DNA from: Wallemia ichthyophaga EXF-994 | Taxonomy: Eukaryota; Fungi; Basidiomycota | Direction of reading: 5' to 3' | NCBI RefSeq assembly: GCF_000400465.1 | Contig: NW_008806279.1 | Span: 1 to 32,000, forward strand | Length of the DNA stretch: 32,000 bases | In this document: positions 28,817-32,000 of the stretch, in pieces | How positions within the stretch are numbered: the first letter of the stretch is position 1 | Layout of the letters: each line of letters begins with the position of its first letter | Notes under the pieces: generated by a model | Told to the model about the DNA's origin: nothing | The model's database searches: none | What the model saw: the letters and a program-made list of their open reading frames with translations, nothing else | Made by a program: the position numbers and the translations under genes

Positions 28817-31753
28817 ATGCCGCAACAGCCATGTAGAGATTGTGGCAGTACAGAAATAGACTACGACAGCTCATCTGGATGCTCATTCTGTGCTAAATGT
28901 GGTATTGTTTTCGAGGAGTCAAATATCGTATCCGAGATTGGATTTGGGGAGTCGTCATCTGGACAAGCTCATGTACAGGGTACGCTTGTATCGCATGATG
29001 CCGGTGAGTTTGTTTACATCCCCTACCGCCTTTCTCAATCCTCCACCAGCCGGCACTTCCCGCCAATCGAGAGACAAGACCATATCAGAAGGTTCGTGGT
29101 GTTTTTATAGTTACCAGCAATCCTCACACTCAAAATCACACTTAAATTCCAGGCAAACGTCGCGTTAAGCAGCTCGCAGCCGCTCTCAGAATCTCAGAAG
29201 CAGTTTCAGACTCAGGTGAAAGATTCTACGCACTAGCCGTACAAAATGAGTTTATACGTGGACGTAAATCTGTCTACGTTGTCGCAGCTTGCTTATACGC
29301 CGCCTGTCGTACACTACGCGACTCACACATGCTAATTGATTTCAGTGATCTGATGCAGGTGTGTTTATCGGGGTGTTTGTTATTGACAGAAATCTAACCA
29401 CCCCTTGTAGATCAACGTCTTCGCTTTGGGCACCACCTACCTCCGTCTCGTCGAGAGATTGGATCTCAAACTGCCGAAAATGGACCCTTCCATCTACATA
29501 CAAAGATTCGCATCTCTCCTCGAATTCGGTCAGGAAACTCAGAGAGTCGCCAGTGACGCTACTCGCTTGTGTAAACGCTTCGATGAGGATTTCATCACTC
29601 ATGGTCGTCGTCCTGCTGGCATTTGCGGCGCTGCTCTCATACTCGCTGCTAGGATGAACAACTTCAGAAGATCAGTCGAGGAAATTGTGCAAGTCGTCAA
29701 AATCGCTGATGTCACCGTTCAGAAACGTCTCGATGAATTTGGAAAAAGCGCTGCAGGTGATTTGACAGTCGAGAATTTCCGCGATGACGAACGGGCTAAA
29801 AATTGGAAAGAACCACCGAGACCTCCCACATACCATAATGCAAGAAAGAAGGAAATGATGGCAAAGGAAATTGAAACAGATCCTCAAGGTGAACTCGCCA
29901 AGAAGCAAGATAGATCCAAAAAGTTGAATAGAGTGTTTGATAAAACTACTCGACCAAGGAGAAAGAACGATGACCCTGATCAGAAGCAATTTGATGACTA
30001 TTACAAGACTATCGTTGGTGTCTCTGCTGATTTTTTCCAAGAGGAGGACGGTAAAGATGCAACCAAGAAAATCACCGCTAAAGGATTGAACAAAAAGATG
30101 AAAAAGGCATACGAAGAGAAAGCTAGAAGGAACCGTGCCATAGACAGTGATGACAATTATGATCAGCTTGAGAGTGAAGATGATGAGGTTGGCAATAGTG
30201 GTAAAGATGGTGAGACACCGCTATTTGAGGATTCAGATGAGGATATTCCAAGGCGACTCCGTCGCTCACGACCTACACGTGCCAATCGCTCTGAGTCAGC
30301 AGAAGAAGATCAGGATGGTCGTCATTCTATTGACCAGGGTACCTCCAATCAACCTGCAAAATTGAGGGACGCCATGGGTCCCGGAAATGAAAGCACTAAT
30401 GAAGAGATGCAATCCAACACTGTACAAGGAAAAGACTTCCAACCTCCACACAGAGATAAATCTGCCACTCCAGGAGACGCATCACATCCTCCAAATAAGT
30501 CTTTCAATCACACAAGTAACGTCATCGAAACTCTCGAAGAGAATGGTCCGCAAAGTGAAGACGAGGTGCATGCAAATGACGAAGAGAAGGGGAGTGAGAG
30601 GGAGAATGAAGAAAAGATTGTTCAAGAGGATGAAAAGGAAAACGAAGATGAAGATGTTCGTATGCAAGTTGAAGAGGGAGGTGACAAGCAGACTGGGAAT
30701 ATTGGAGACTCTCAGCAGATACAACTCGAGCAAGAGCCAGGACAATTGCCTAGTCATTCTTCTCCACAGGAAAGATCTGACAATGTGCCTGTTTCACCTT
30801 CTCAAACAAGACATTCTCATGAGCCAAATCAATCGCCTCAGCCAGTCAAAGAGGCACATCAATCAAACGAATCTGCCACTCACGAAACACAGGATGCATC
30901 TCAATATCGTGCTTCTACAGAATTAGACACTCAAGAGCCTCGGGAGGTACCTCAACCTCGTGCTGTGGAAGAACCAACCACTCAACAGCCACCGGAAGAA
31001 GCAGCAAAAAACATGGACGACAAGGAAGATGAGAAGGAGGATGAAAAAGAGGACGAGAAAGAAGATGAGAAAGAAGACGAAAAGGAGGATGAGAAGGAAG
31101 ACGAGAAGGAAGACGAAGAGGAAGTAATAGTTGATGAAACAGACGAACCAACTCAAGTCGATCAAGATAAAAAACAAAGTGGACCAGAAGAGAAAGAAAT
31201 TACAGAAGAGATATCACATGCACTCGGTGATCCAAACATCCAATCACTCACTAATAGACTTGACAACGTTGATGACAGACGTCGAGCAGAATTGGAAAGA
31301 CGCAATGCGAATGTAGATGAGCTACAAGGTCTAGATGAGGAGGAGCTCGATGATATGATTCTTGGTGACAGTGAAGTTAAAGTGAAAGAGAGAATATGGA
31401 TGGAGTTCAACAAAGACTATCTCGAAAAGATTGCCATTCGTCAAGCTACAGGTCAAGATACGCAGAAGAAGCCACGTCGCAAAAAGCGTAAGGCTAAAGA
31501 ACAGTCAGTAAAGCCTGAGAATCTGACAGAGGCAGCGTCGCAAGTTCTCAAACAGCGTAAGGTATCAAAGAAAATCAATTATGGTGCGCTTGAAGGACTG
31601 TTTCACAAAGACAACAGAGAAGTCAACAGCTTGGCACCGGGTGAAGTAGATGAAAAAGAAGATGAGAAAGAAGACGAAGAGGAAGAAGGGGATGCTGAAG
31701 AGCACCCTGCGCCTGAGTATGGTGAAGAATTTTCAGATAACGACATGGACTGA
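28817..31753 (+). CDS. BRF1: TFIIIB subunit Brf1, about 925 aa; introns 29004-29049, 29092-29152, 29359-29410
   Basis: Zn ribbon CRDC..CAKC; cyclin folds GRKSVYVVAACLY, INVFALGTTY, DPSIYIQRFASLLEFG, GRRPAGICGAAL; TBP-binding block LDEEELDDMIL..KERIWMEFNKDYL; SKKINY. Confidence 0.96.
31022..31117 (+). repeat. 12-bp coding repeat, (KEDE)x8, in Brf1
   Basis: Eight units of AAR GAR GAY GAR; all differences between units are synonymous. Confidence 0.92.
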
Positions 31754-31936
31754 AATCTTGATTAGCTGATTGGCTGATTTGTTGTACCATTATACAGACA
31801 TGTATCGTTATTTTTTCGCACTTACATATGCTTTGATGACGAACACATAGTCACTTGTAAAAGAAAGAAACAGTTATAAATGTGTGTTATTACTTTAAAA
31901 TATTCATTTTATTCGCAATTATAAGAAGGAAAGTTT

Positions 31937-31999
31937 TTAAGCTGATAAGAAAGAGTCTACAGTTTCACTAATCTTCTTCTCAATTGCCTTCTTAACTTC
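31937..31999 (-). CDS. 3' end of a gene entering from the right (..EVKKAIEKKISETVDSFLSA*), product unknown
   Basis: Open frame from the window edge to TAA at 31939-31937 with a protein-like amphipathic sequence, followed by AT-rich terminator-like DNA. Too short to identify. Confidence 0.45.
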   Translation of the reverse strand, partial: EVKKAIEKKISETVDSFLSA

Positions 32000-32000
32000 A

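Overview
This is eukaryotic nuclear DNA from an extremely compact fungal genome. It is basidiomycete-like; Wallemia is my best guess from the protein motifs, the very short introns and the tiny intergenic gaps, but that is inference. Hand-splicing gives 16 complete protein-coding genes, one intronless tRNA-Ala(CGC) and two low-confidence partial exons at the window edges. Gene order: cutinase-like esterase (-), PDS5 (+), PPR-like mitochondrial protein (-), CSN5 (+), FUR1 (+), tRNA-Ala, mitochondrial IF3-like (+), FOL1 (-), RPL7 (-), F-box/WD40 (+), Zn2Cys6 transcription factor (-), HIR1/HIRA (-), flavodoxin-like quinone reductase (-), MRPS8 (-), WAPL (-), OXA1 (-), BRF1 (+). Of the 37 introns I inferred, 35 are 44-61 nt, and all exon chains close in frame. 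Many ORF-track entries are antisense shadows, intron read-throughs or TTG/GTG starts. I see no transposon, CRISPR array, rRNA or horizontally acquired cluster; this is mostly a housekeeping region. The best candidates for something new are the two oversized introns. The first is a 112-nt 5'UTR intron of RPL7 with two mutually exclusive stems, a nested second donor and an AUG-UGA start-stop element overlapping the donor, which looks like an autoregulatory splicing switch. The second is a 201-nt intron in the quinone reductase gene whose donor creates a stop codon, so one gene could make both a short Pst2-like and a tailed Ycp4-like protein. Also notable are PDS5 and WAPL in the same window with MCB-like sites, and an acidic CLE1-type cutinase with an extra cysteine pair. 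All splice models and RNA structures were derived by eye and need RNA-seq or folding confirmation.
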